Part shown: positions 37,323 through 47,193 of the stretch, one piece after another
Layout: each line of letters opens with the position of its first letter
Position numbering within the stretch: position 1 is the first letter of the stretch
From: a virus
Direction: 5' to 3' (one strand)
Virus record (IMG/VR): IMGVR_UViG_3300021376_000039
Span: 7,627 to 71,626 of that record
DNA: 64,000 bases
Translations under genes and position numbers: made by a program
The notes under the pieces: model-generated
What the model was told of the DNA's origin: nothing
Seen by the model: only the letters and a program-made list of their open reading frames with translations
Database searches by the model: none

Positions 37323-38879
37323 TTAGAATGTTGATCCGTTTAATCTTCTCCAACCTGTATTTGTTTTATAATAAAGATAGGTATTATCCCATGTTATTGA
37401 TCCAGGTTCACCTGCGGTGTCTGCACTACTTGTTGGTGTGTATGACTCTGTAATTACAAAATTAGGTACATACGTTGTGTCACTATTAATTGCACTTATT
37501 GAGTTCCCTCCTAATATAACACTTCCAGGTGCACTAACATTATTATTTATACCTCCAATTATTGCAGAATTAAATGATGTGATTGTATGTCCTGAACCAA
37601 CAAAAACCCCCGAATGGTAAACATCATCACTAACAGATACACCTGAAATTGAGCTATAATCACTACCAATGATTGTCGATCCAGAAGTTACTCCTGACTG
37701 AACAGTATTCATTCTACCACCTATCACAACACTCCAATTACCATGAGCGTAGTTTAACTCCCCATGTGAAAACGCCAACTCTCCCGATACTGATCCGACT
37801 CCACCTGCGTGTGAACTACCTCCGTAAGCAATGGTTCCTTTGTTTTGTGCGTGAGCATATTGTCCTAAAGCTATAGACGAATCTCCTTGCGCGTGTGAGA
37901 ATATTCCAATTGATGTTGATGATCCTTCAGCGTGTGAGTAGTCACCTTTAGCTTTAGAGTAAGTTCCTTCAGCGTGTGATGAGCTTCCTATAGATTCGGT
38001 AAATGAACCTTCAGCATGTGATGCGTTACCAATTGCTAAAGTGCTATTACCTTCGGAGTGTGCGCCAACACCGTACGAAAACGTGCTATTACCTTCAGAT
38101 GAACTATATGGTCCGTAGGCGGCTGAAATATTACGAGAAGAAGATGCGTTACCAATACTGTAACTCCCCTCACCTTCAGAACTTGATGATTGCCCGATAG
38201 CAATACAACCACTACCATTTGCGTTAGCAAATTTGCCTCCAAATACTTGATCACCATTCCATACGTTTGGTGGATATGTATTTGATATTACCCCTGGTTG
38301 TCCAAAAGTATTAACACTTATGTCATTTAAATAAACAATAGTATTTGTCCCATTGAATGTTACAGCACTTACAGATGCAACATATGTTGAGTAGTTAGCC
38401 GAATATGACATATCATCAAATACAATAAAAGATGTTGTCCCTGTAGTATAATCAACTGTTGTGTCACCATATGACGAATCTAATGTACAAACACCCGCAG
38501 TACACCCTGTTACCAAATAACCATTATCCGAACCTGTCCTTGTTCTTTGTCCATTAGCGTATGAAAAATCACCCCATGTCTCTGTAATATTACCCAACGC
38601 AAAAGATAATTCACCATAAGCGTTTGATGCTCTTGTTTGTGTTTCATCCCATATAGATATTGGGGAACATCCGTGAATGTTTGTAACATAAAAGTCAGTA
38701 ATACAGTTACCTGATCCACCTGAAAATGTGGTACCAGTAAAAAGTGGTGATAATTGACTTAATGTTGCTTTATATGAAGAACCATCAGGATCTTGTGATG
38801 TATCACCTGTTATTACAATGTGTATTAAATCATCTAAAGTAGCTCCACTTGCCAATGATCTCGTTGTTAATTTTGCCAT
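37323..38879 (-). CDS. tail fibre/receptor-binding protein with YadA-head-like SHAEG repeats
   Basis: Tandem ~14-aa AHSEG/SHAEG/SHAQG repeats and C-terminal G.ITWD.TYLY motif. Confidence 0.75.
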   Translation of the reverse strand: MAKLTTRSLASGATLDDLIHIVITGDTSQDPDGSSYKATLSQLSPLFTGTTFSGGSGNCITDFYVTNIHGCSPISIWDETQTRASNAYGELSFALGNITETWGDFSYANGQRTRTGSDNGYLVTGCTAGVCTLDSSYGDTTVDYTTGTTSFIVFDDMSYSANYSTYVASVSAVTFNGTNTIVYLNDISVNTFGQPGVISNTYPPNVWNGDQVFGGKFANANGSGCIAIGQSSSSEGEGSYSIGNASSSRNISAAYGPYSSSEGNSTFSYGVGAHSEGNSTLAIGNASHAEGSFTESIGSSSHAEGTYSKAKGDYSHAEGSSTSIGIFSHAQGDSSIALGQYAHAQNKGTIAYGGSSHAGGVGSVSGELAFSHGELNYAHGNWSVVIGGRMNTVQSGVTSGSTIIGSDYSSISGVSVSDDVYHSGVFVGSGHTITSFNSAIIGGINNNVSAPGSVILGGNSISAINSDTTYVPNFVITESYTPTSSADTAGEPGSITWDNTYLYYKTNTGWRRLNGSTF

Positions 38880-38905
38880 TTGTTTTTTATAATATATATA
38901 TAAGT

Positions 38906-39196
38906 TTATTGAAATTGATATGGTGTTCCATCCATAAATTCAAATAAATCTGAATCTTGGAACTGTTTATAATTTAATTCGTTATCGCAATATACACATC
39001 CATTATCATCTATTATTTTTATAACATATGTTAAGTATGTTTCAAATACTGATGGTAATGTGAATGAATATGGTATTGTTGAAGTAGTGTCTATATATTG
39101 ACATGTCCCATAACAATCATCACATACCCATATATCGTATGGTGATGTTCCTGATGTTACTGAATTTATTGTTACTATTGTTACTATTGTTGCCAT
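38906..39196 (-). CDS. small Cys-containing adaptor-like protein (paralogue 1)
   Basis: GTSPYDIWVCD..IKIIDDNGC..FQDSDLFEFMDG. Confidence 0.7.
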   Translation of the reverse strand: MATIVTIVTINSVTSGTSPYDIWVCDDCYGTCQYIDTTSTIPYSFTLPSVFETYLTYVIKIIDDNGCVYCDNELNYKQFQDSDLFEFMDGTPYQFQ

Positions 39197-39200
39197 AATT

Positions 39201-40997
39201 TTAACAGTTTCCGTTTGGTGTACACTTAAATGTTAATTTACCATTACCATTAACCTCAAATATTTGAGATGTTGCATTACCACTTTGGTTTATAGGTACT
39301 TTTATGTATGTAACACTTAAAGGTGTACTTAATGAACTATCTTCATATACATAAACCCCTGTTTGTATTGTATTAACATTAAATGCCGTAAAGAAATTTG
39401 CAGGTACCCCAAAGTTTGTAAGCTCACAAACTGGACAAGAAAGTGAAAATTCTCCTGATGCTATCCACTCTTTGTATTTTGGTGTTGGTGTTGGTTCCGG
39501 TACTAAACATTCTAAACATGTTGTATATGTTGTTGCAGTTGTTGCAGTAAAGGTATCTTGCGTTACAGATATAAATCCAGCAGGTGGTGTATATCCAACA
39601 TAATTACCAATATAATTATAACAATCCCCTGTTGTTTTTAAGATATCCCCAATAACCACATTAATTGGTGGATATGCGTTTTGTATTATCATTGTATTAT
39701 TAGTACATGATGTAAATATAAATTGTGTTCCCATAGGATATGACGGTGGCGTTGGTAATACACATTCAGTGTCCCCTGTACAAGTACCCCCTGAAACTAT
39801 ATTAGTTGTTCCTGTCACACAACTAAACGAAACTGAATTTTCTTGTGCACAAATACCAAAAGAAGTGTCACCTGTTAATATTAATGATTCTGAATTACCT
39901 GAACATCCTAACCAAGTAATAGTACAACCGCTATTTCCTGAAATTGTGTAACAATAACATAATGGAGTTGGGGTTGGTGTTGGAGTTGGTGTAGGTGTAA
40001 CACAAACAGAACATCCACTATATACATCTAACACTTGTATTAAGTTTCTATTGCTTGATGCTGTTGTCGTACCTAAATAAGTAACACATTGTATTTGATT
40101 AGAAGAACTTCCATATAAAAGTGCTAAGAACGTAGTTCCTGTACTAATTGCCGATCCTGAATATGTTATTTGTTCTGTTATATAATAATGTTCTCCCGTA
40201 TCACAGTCCAATAAATCTTTAACTGATGAACAAACAAAACTTCCATTATCAACAACAAATGTTACGGTATCTGCTGATGGTGTTACGGGACAAGGGGTTG
40301 GTGTAGGTGTTGGTGTTGGTGTTGGAGTTGGTGTGCTACCAGTGGTGGTTGTAGAAATATTCGCGGTAAAACCACTACATAAATCGGCTGTCGGTGTTGG
40401 AGTTGGAGTCGGTGTTGGAGTCGGTGTTGGAGTCGGTGTTGGAGTTGGTGTAGGTATATCACATTCAAGTAATACGTCAAAATCTAAATCAGAGCACGGA
40501 TCTGTTGGTGTTGGTGGTGGTGTACACGAACCATTATAAAAAACGGTACTATCTAAATCAGGACATCCGTTAGATGTTGGGTTTTGTCCAAAAAAATCGC
40601 AACTTCCACCTAAACTATTACTTAAACACCAATTAGTTCCATTAAAGAATAAATATCCAGGACTAGTTCCACCTGTCCAATAATAGTAACCATCATAATC
40701 ACCATACATTGTGTAAGTACCATTATACCCACTATAAGAATCAATACTTATATCTACACAATAATTATTTTCACAATATCCTGTACATAAATAATCATTA
40801 CAATCAGTGACTAAAGTAGCAACACCATCAATGGTTACTGTAGCACTAGCTAATGAACCGATAGTGTAACAACCATCAGGGATTACGGTATCACCGGTAA
40901 TGTTAAATACAAGTCCAAGTGTTGTCGAATAACTCCAACCTAAAACCCTAAAATTAACGCTGCTATTTATACAGTTTTGAATGTTTACTAAAGCCAT
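39201..40997 (-). CDS. Cys-rich structural protein with mucin-like (Pro-Thr)n linkers
   Basis: About 35 Cys and several PT tracts; located in the fibre module with TATTTATA upstream. Confidence 0.8.
   Translation of the reverse strand: MALVNIQNCINSSVNFRVLGWSYSTTLGLVFNITGDTVIPDGCYTIGSLASATVTIDGVATLVTDCNDYLCTGYCENNYCVDISIDSYSGYNGTYTMYGDYDGYYYWTGGTSPGYLFFNGTNWCLSNSLGGSCDFFGQNPTSNGCPDLDSTVFYNGSCTPPPTPTDPCSDLDFDVLLECDIPTPTPTPTPTPTPTPTPTPTPTADLCSGFTANISTTTTGSTPTPTPTPTPTPTPCPVTPSADTVTFVVDNGSFVCSSVKDLLDCDTGEHYYITEQITYSGSAISTGTTFLALLYGSSSNQIQCVTYLGTTTASSNRNLIQVLDVYSGCSVCVTPTPTPTPTPTPLCYCYTISGNSGCTITWLGCSGNSESLILTGDTSFGICAQENSVSFSCVTGTTNIVSGGTCTGDTECVLPTPPSYPMGTQFIFTSCTNNTMIIQNAYPPINVVIGDILKTTGDCYNYIGNYVGYTPPAGFISVTQDTFTATTATTYTTCLECLVPEPTPTPKYKEWIASGEFSLSCPVCELTNFGVPANFFTAFNVNTIQTGVYVYEDSSLSTPLSVTYIKVPINQSGNATSQIFEVNGNGKLTFKCTPNGNC
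40296..40455. repeat. 6-bp coding microsatellites (ccnacn) encoding PT tracts
   Basis: ggtgttggagtc/ggagtt tandem units at ~40389-40455 and ~40296-40334; another tract at ~39964-39999. Confidence 0.85.
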
Positions 40998-41059
40998 CGA
41001 TTTTTAACTTTATTATATAAATAATCTAAAGTTTATTTTATTTAAAATGATTTATAAAA

Positions 41060-42262
41060 TTATAGTGTTAAAGAGAAATCTATCCTATTAATCCATTCAC
41101 CATTTTTATTATTAACCCAATATATCCACTTATGTGGTTTTTCAAATGTTTTTAAGTCAATTTTTAAGTATTCTTGGTATTGAAATAAGTCATGTCTATG
41201 GATAACATTACCCATTTCATCTTCAATTCCAATATAAATAAAATTAAAATTATCTGTAAATGGTATATAAAGATTTAAATTATATGTTTTTTCCAATTTT
41301 TTATACCAATCAGTTTTGTCATTTATTGGTGGGTTTGTACCTTTCATTGTTTCAGGATGTAGTATTCTGTTTTTAAAGTTAATCCCCGCATAATCCTCAT
41401 AATCTTTATGTGTTCTAACATCACCTAAACCATATATCGTTAAATCAATATTATTATCTTCTTCTTGTAGCATATGTCTTAGTCTACGTTTAGACTCATT
41501 ATCCATTTCCCACCATTGTTTTTCAACAACCCCATTATTTTTATTTTCTTGGTTGAAGTCTGTCCAATGTTTTGTTCTTCCTTCTCTTGTGTATTCGTGC
41601 CAAACAACAGTTTTATGTGGATGGAATAAGTCATAACCTAACGTGTATGAACGAATTGATAAACTAATCTCATCTCCAGCAAAATATATATTCGGATCAT
41701 ACTTATATTCCTCACAATGTTTTCCAATAGTAAAAAAGAAATGCCCACTAACAAATCTTGCAGGTATTGGTTTTTCTAGAGTTTGCCAATTTGGAATTGC
41801 GTGTGGTCTAAAAAGTATTGTACCTCCAGGTGTGAAATTAGATGCTAACATCATATATGGTTCGACATTTAATAATTGGTTATCAGACGGTCGGTACATA
41901 CCCGCATAAGACGTAATAATTGGTTTTTCTGAACCTGTCATTTTCATCATTTCAATTAATTCTTCATCCCAATTTTTTAAAAATCTATGATGTGAATCCA
42001 ACTGCATAGTGTATTCTTCACCATTCCATAATTTTTGAATTTCTGAACGAGCCCAACAAAGTCCTTTACTTTGTGTCCAATGATAATCTAATATTTTAAA
42101 TCTATCATCATTTGTAAATTCTTCCATTGATTCGGTTTCGTCTCTTTGCCAACAAATACCGAATGTTAAATTTTCAGGATATTTTGCTTTGTTAATACAA
42201 TCTCTAACTGTTGGTAATAATTCGGGGTCCCTATATGACGCTATTTGTACGAATATTTTCAT
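41060..42262 (-). CDS. GT60-family N-acetylglucosaminyltransferase (Skp1-hydroxyproline Gnt1/OGNT-like)
   Basis: IFVQIASYRDPE, SKGLCWAR, QLDSHHRF (DxH metal motif), FAGDEI and VWHEY motifs. Confidence 0.82.
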   Translation of the reverse strand: MKIFVQIASYRDPELLPTVRDCINKAKYPENLTFGICWQRDETESMEEFTNDDRFKILDYHWTQSKGLCWARSEIQKLWNGEEYTMQLDSHHRFLKNWDEELIEMMKMTGSEKPIITSYAGMYRPSDNQLLNVEPYMMLASNFTPGGTILFRPHAIPNWQTLEKPIPARFVSGHFFFTIGKHCEEYKYDPNIYFAGDEISLSIRSYTLGYDLFHPHKTVVWHEYTREGRTKHWTDFNQENKNNGVVEKQWWEMDNESKRRLRHMLQEEDNNIDLTIYGLGDVRTHKDYEDYAGINFKNRILHPETMKGTNPPINDKTDWYKKLEKTYNLNLYIPFTDNFNFIYIGIEDEMGNVIHRHDLFQYQEYLKIDLKTFEKPHKWIYWVNNKNGEWINRIDFSLTL

Positions 42263-42299
42263 AAAATAATATTATAAAAATATATTCTTAAATAAAGTA

Positions 42300-43544
42300 T
42301 TAACTTGATTGGGATATTGTTAATATGACTGATGGGATTGCCGGACCGTAAGTTGGTGCCGCTTCGTATTGTAAAAACGTATTATTTTGACTTGCCGTCC
42401 ACCTAATTTCAAAATACTCACCAGCGTTAAAACTTTCTAAAAAATTCCAAGACGCAACAGATCTATCTCCGTTAGCACCGTCTAAAGTTACTTCTGTATT
42501 TGAATTTGGTAAATTTGATCCATTTTTAAATAACCATATAAAAACTCTAGATTTGGTTCCTGAATTTTTTTCTAATTGAGCGGAAAATTGAATATTATAT
42601 ATTCCTCCATATGTAAAAGTATATCTACCACCATTAGAAATTGTAATACCTGACGCAAATGATTGCGTTTCTGCGCTCATAGTATATATTGTACCAGCAA
42701 TAGATATTGGTTGATTAATTAATGAATAATAAGAAGCGGATGTGTTTGTTTTTGGTTGCCATGCGGCATTTCCGTCATTATCTGAAGTTAAAACATAACC
42801 ATTTGATTGATTTCCGTCAATATATTTAAATGTACCTGTAGTTCCCGTTCCACCAACTTGCAGTGTTGCTGTCGGATCTTCCGTTCCATCTGGATTTAAA
42901 CCTAAACCTAATAATCCTGTGGTGTTTGGGTTACCATCACCTTTTAATTTTGTTGTGGCAGCACCATTTAATTCAAACCATAACGTTGCTTGTGTGTTAC
43001 CACCTGCAGGATTTATTATCATGCCGTCAACATAATCATTACCTCTTATTTGTATTTTATTTCTCCAAAAATTAACACCAGTCGGTGATACGTTTGTTCT
43101 TGTATATCCTGTACCCACATACCCCATCAATCCACCACCAGCATTACCACTAAAACTAAAACCATTAAACGCTTTATTACCATCACTAAAATTATTTGTT
43201 GAGTGTAGTATTGCGGTATTTGCACTAAAAAAAGTAAAAATTCCTCCTAAATTTGTAGTATTACCACTGTATATTGCAGGTGAATTAGTTTGTAAAATTT
43301 GATTAGATAAAAAGTGTGTGTCGTCCCAAACAGTTATTGGGGAACAACCGTGAACATTTTTTACGTATAAATCATTTATACAATATCCGGATATTGAATC
43401 AAATAGTTGATTTATTGACGCTTTATATGATGATCCATCAGGGTCTTGTGAAGTATCTCCCGTTATAACAATATGTATTAAATCATTAGTTGTTACTCCT
43501 GTAGATAGTGTTCTATCTGTTAGTCTTTGATAAATTACCGGCAT
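42300..43544 (-). CDS. tail fibre/receptor-binding protein with C-terminal C1q/BclA-like domain
   Basis: N-terminus shared with 37323..38879; GYVLTSDNDGNAAW linker; GIYNIQFSAQL..FIWLFKNG jelly-roll-like tail. Confidence 0.7.
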   Translation of the reverse strand: MPVIYQRLTDRTLSTGVTTNDLIHIVITGDTSQDPDGSSYKASINQLFDSISGYCINDLYVKNVHGCSPITVWDDTHFLSNQILQTNSPAIYSGNTTNLGGIFTFFSANTAILHSTNNFSDGNKAFNGFSFSGNAGGGLMGYVGTGYTRTNVSPTGVNFWRNKIQIRGNDYVDGMIINPAGGNTQATLWFELNGAATTKLKGDGNPNTTGLLGLGLNPDGTEDPTATLQVGGTGTTGTFKYIDGNQSNGYVLTSDNDGNAAWQPKTNTSASYYSLINQPISIAGTIYTMSAETQSFASGITISNGGRYTFTYGGIYNIQFSAQLEKNSGTKSRVFIWLFKNGSNLPNSNTEVTLDGANGDRSVASWNFLESFNAGEYFEIRWTASQNNTFLQYEAAPTYGPAIPSVILTISQSS

Positions 43545-43575
43545 GTTTTTATTTTATAAATACTTTGTTTTAATT

Positions 43576-43860
43576 TTATTCGAACATATAGTTGTTGCCG
43601 TCCATAAAAATAAATAAATTACCATCTTGAAATATTTTTTGTCCACAGATTAGGGATTGGTAATGAATGCACCCATTTGTATCTATTATTTTTACGTTTA
43701 AATTATTTTCGTAAGGAAAATAATATTCAGTATTAAAACTTACGGTAGGTGGTATAAATGTTGTTCCCGATACATAAAAACAAGAGGTGTTTGTTACATC
43801 ACATATGAATACGTCATATGGTGCCTGCCCGCTAGTTACTCCTGTTACTTCTATTAACAT
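43576..43860 (-). CDS. small Cys-containing adaptor-like protein (paralogue 2)
   Basis: GQAPYDVFICD..VKIIDTNGC..FQDGNLFIFMDG. Confidence 0.7.
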   Translation of the reverse strand: MLIEVTGVTSGQAPYDVFICDVTNTSCFYVSGTTFIPPTVSFNTEYYFPYENNLNVKIIDTNGCIHYQSLICGQKIFQDGNLFIFMDGNNYMFE

Positions 43861-44148
43861 CTATATCCAAACTAATCTATCCCCACTTTCTGTGGTTATT
43901 ATGAGTGCCGTCTCAGTTAATATAAAAAATGTGTCGGCAGGACAATAAACATACTTGAATATCAAACATCCCGTACTATCAACTAACTTGATTAGTAAAA
44001 CTTGAGCTGATGAAAAAAAAGAGTTAAGTGTATATGTTGTTCCTGTTGACCCCAACAAAAAACAGTTATTCATGTATTGGTCACATACATAAAACTGATA
44101 TGGAGGTGTCCCTCCTGTCTCTCCTGATATAATTAATTGTGATGGCAT
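43861..44148 (-). CDS. small Cys-containing adaptor-like protein (paralogue 3)
   Basis: GTPPYQFYVCD..IKLVDSTGC..ILTETALIITTESGD. Confidence 0.7.
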   Translation of the reverse strand: MPSQLIISGETGGTPPYQFYVCDQYMNNCFLLGSTGTTYTLNSFFSSAQVLLIKLVDSTGCLIFKYVYCPADTFFILTETALIITTESGDRLVWI

Positions 44149-47100
44149 TATGGACAGGTTTGAACATTTGTTATTACACCTGAAGCATCAACTTGAATTA
44201 CATATTTAGTATCATATATGAACCCTGAATAGTATCCAAGACCTATTGGTACCGGTGCATTATAAACTGAAATCCAATTATTATTTCCATTTACTATATT
44301 AGCTCCCGTTGTTCCTGAGTAAACCGTAGAACCCACATTAGGTGTTAGACCAATATTACCTATTCTGTATGATGTATTATAAGTAATATTGTTGCAAGCA
44401 TCGCCACTTGTTGTTGCAGAAATTGCGTTAACCCCAATCATATTTTTATTACCACTAATTGGGCTAGTGTATCTCCATCTTAACCATGAAGAACCGGTTC
44501 CCGGCGGTCCAATAGTGGAACCTGAACTTGAATTTAATATTTCTAAATAATGTATTTTTTGTCCGTAAACATTGGTGTGTGTTGTGGCACTAGATATTAA
44601 TGTTAAAGTACCAATCCCTGAACTATTTGTTGATGCGGTAAATGTATTGGCACTATATTCATCGTAATTAATGCCGTTTATTGATGTTCCTCCTGAAAAA
44701 TTAATCAAATTTGGTAACGTCAATCTCATTGTAAGAATTTCATTAGGTGCTCCTGAATATGATATAGTTCCAGATTCAACACCAGATAAAGGCCAAATAC
44801 TACTACCAACATTAGCAAATGATGTTGATGTGTATAATGCTTCATATGTTACTGGTGGTGCTGGGCATAATGTCCCCGTGCAGGTTACATCATAAACCAC
44901 AGTTAAACTTAAACTAAAATCAGCATCAGATAATGGGTCTTCATCACCATCACAATTAGAATATATTGTAAGTGTATTATTTAATAAATTTATCTCATAA
45001 CTTTGGATTTGTGGTATACCTGATAGTATGTCCTCTATGGTTGTTTGCCAAACCGTATCTTGTGGAACATCATTTAAAGTTGTTGCAGTGTAGAATGTTT
45101 GTGTATAAGCGCTCCCATTAATATCAACTTGACAAATAAGTTCTGCAGAATTTAAAGAACAACCCGTATAACCTGAAGTTATATCTAAATAACCTTCATT
45201 TAACATTTCAGAAAGTCCTCTTTTTGTCCCAACCGTCGTTGTAAAAGTACTATTACAAACATTAAACAATTGATATGATGTAGGTGTGATTCCGTTACAA
45301 TCAATTGAGAAGTACTGAATATCGTAACATCCGTTACTATCGGTTATCTCTACGTAATAGTTACCCGCCGAAAGTCCTGATATTGTAGAACCCGTTTGTC
45401 CATTACTCCAATTATATGTAAATGTTGGTTCTCCTTGATATATAACAACGCTGGCGGATCCGTCATTTCCATTTACACAATTATTCTTTTGTACTGACGT
45501 AACGAGTTGTCCCGCAGTTGTAATAGTAAACCCTGTTGATACTGCACATCCATCGATATCAGTTACTGTTATGGTATAGTTTCCAGGAAATAAGTTGTTA
45601 TACGTTACTGCAGTGCTTGATGTATCAATTAATGTGTCCCCATTACTTAATACATAATCTAAAACACCATTATAACCACTATATACTTCAACATATGCAA
45701 TTCCATTAGCAATACCACATGTTGATCCTGTTGTTGTTGCACTTATATTAAATTTCTGTTCAGATGTTACATTTAATGTCGTTGTATAAATACAATCAGT
45801 TCCTGAACCGGAAATAGTTAATAAGTAAGTATCGTTTTGTAAATTTGTAAAATTGTTAGTTTGATTTAAACTTGTATTTTGAATAACTTGATTAGTGTTT
45901 TGTCCTGATAAAATATAAGTATAGTATCCCCCTAATCCCGCAATTTGTACATTAATTTCTCCGTTATTTTGATTACAATTAGAATTATTAACCATTATAT
46001 CAACAACGTTAAATCCACCAACAGGACTTAAAAAACCACTTAATGTTGTTTCACAAAAATTAGCATCTCTTACAACTACTTGGTATGTTCCTGCAGCTAA
46101 ATTAGTTAATGTGAATGTGTTTGACAAAGTATAACCAACCTGAGCAGTAGATGCTGAATAGTAAAATGGTGCAGTACCACCTGTAAGTATATACGTTAAA
46201 CTTCCGTCAGACGCAAAACAACTCGGTGTTGATGCGCTTAATAATCCAATTCCTAATGGACTTGCAGCCCCAATATATTCACTTTTTGTTAATTCACATC
46301 CACTACTATCAGTCACAGTACAAGTATAAACTCCTTGTGTTAGTCCTGTTATTAATTGTGTTGTTTCACCATTACTCCATAAATAAGTGTAAGGTCCCGT
46401 ACCTGTTAAACCTGTTACCGCTAACTTACCTTGATTAATAACACAATTTGAGGTGTTAACAACCCAAAACCCGTAATCTAAAGAAGTACTTGCCGATATT
46501 ATTGCGTTTTCTGTATTTGCAGTTGTAAATCCATAATCAAAAACTGTTGCATAATATATTCCGCTTGGTAACCCATTAAAATCATAAGGTAATGTTCCTG
46601 TCGTTTGGACATCATATAACACACTATCTTTATATAACATTATGGTATATGGTGAACCTGAAGATGTAGCACTAATAGATAAATAACCTGTATCCGTACC
46701 ACATGTTGTTCCGCTAGCAGTCACAATGTTAGCTTCAAAACAATCTGTAACTAAAACATTAATATATAATTCATTGTTTTGTAAACCTATAGAATCATTT
46801 AATCTGAATACATAAGTACCACCCGTTAATCCGGTAAAAGTTATAGGTCCACTACTTGTTTGAGCAGTTAAAGTTCCCGGTATAATATTATCAATAGTGT
46901 ATGGTGGAATTCCACCATAAGAATTAAATACAACAGTTCCTGTTGTTGAGTCACATAATCCTGTAAGTTGGAACCCATAACTTAAAGGTCCTTGATCACA
47001 GCTTTGGGTACATGTTATACCTGTCGCAATGTAAACACCTCTTGCACTACCTGAGTAAGCCTCATCAATACAGATACTCTCACCTAAAGAAACTCCTGTT

Positions 47101-47165
47101 TGATATTGTCCACAACAATCAAAGTATTCGTATACACCACCCGTTAAACCTGATACACAAGCCAT
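44148..47165 (-). CDS. large SprB-repeat structural protein
   Basis: Many GGxxPY..W/YSNG..L..G.Y...V.D..GC repeats. Confidence 0.78.
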   Translation of the reverse strand: MACVSGLTGGVYEYFDCCGQYQTGVSLGESICIDEAYSGSARGVYIATGITCTQSCDQGPLSYGFQLTGLCDSTTGTVVFNSYGGIPPYTIDNIIPGTLTAQTSSGPITFTGLTGGTYVFRLNDSIGLQNNELYINVLVTDCFEANIVTASGTTCGTDTGYLSISATSSGSPYTIMLYKDSVLYDVQTTGTLPYDFNGLPSGIYYATVFDYGFTTANTENAIISASTSLDYGFWVVNTSNCVINQGKLAVTGLTGTGPYTYLWSNGETTQLITGLTQGVYTCTVTDSSGCELTKSEYIGAASPLGIGLLSASTPSCFASDGSLTYILTGGTAPFYYSASTAQVGYTLSNTFTLTNLAAGTYQVVVRDANFCETTLSGFLSPVGGFNVVDIMVNNSNCNQNNGEINVQIAGLGGYYTYILSGQNTNQVIQNTSLNQTNNFTNLQNDTYLLTISGSGTDCIYTTTLNVTSEQKFNISATTTGSTCGIANGIAYVEVYSGYNGVLDYVLSNGDTLIDTSSTAVTYNNLFPGNYTITVTDIDGCAVSTGFTITTAGQLVTSVQKNNCVNGNDGSASVVIYQGEPTFTYNWSNGQTGSTISGLSAGNYYVEITDSNGCYDIQYFSIDCNGITPTSYQLFNVCNSTFTTTVGTKRGLSEMLNEGYLDITSGYTGCSLNSAELICQVDINGSAYTQTFYTATTLNDVPQDTVWQTTIEDILSGIPQIQSYEINLLNNTLTIYSNCDGDEDPLSDADFSLSLTVVYDVTCTGTLCPAPPVTYEALYTSTSFANVGSSIWPLSGVESGTISYSGAPNEILTMRLTLPNLINFSGGTSINGINYDEYSANTFTASTNSSGIGTLTLISSATTHTNVYGQKIHYLEILNSSSGSTIGPPGTGSSWLRWRYTSPISGNKNMIGVNAISATTSGDACNNITYNTSYRIGNIGLTPNVGSTVYSGTTGANIVNGNNNWISVYNAPVPIGLGYYSGFIYDTKYVIQVDASGVITNVQTCP

Positions 47166-47193
47166 ATTTTTTTTTAATTTATATTTTTATTTA

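Noticed and set aside
39960-40525. CRISPR array or non-coding satellite
   Set aside because: Units are 6-bp, in frame, with wobble variation encoding Pro-Thr; there are no spacers.
37323-43544. Diversity-generating retroelement or invertible shufflon behind the duplicated fibre N-termini
   Set aside because: No reverse transcriptase or invertase in the window; the copies are direct, and differences in the conserved core are synonymous rather than adenine-specific.
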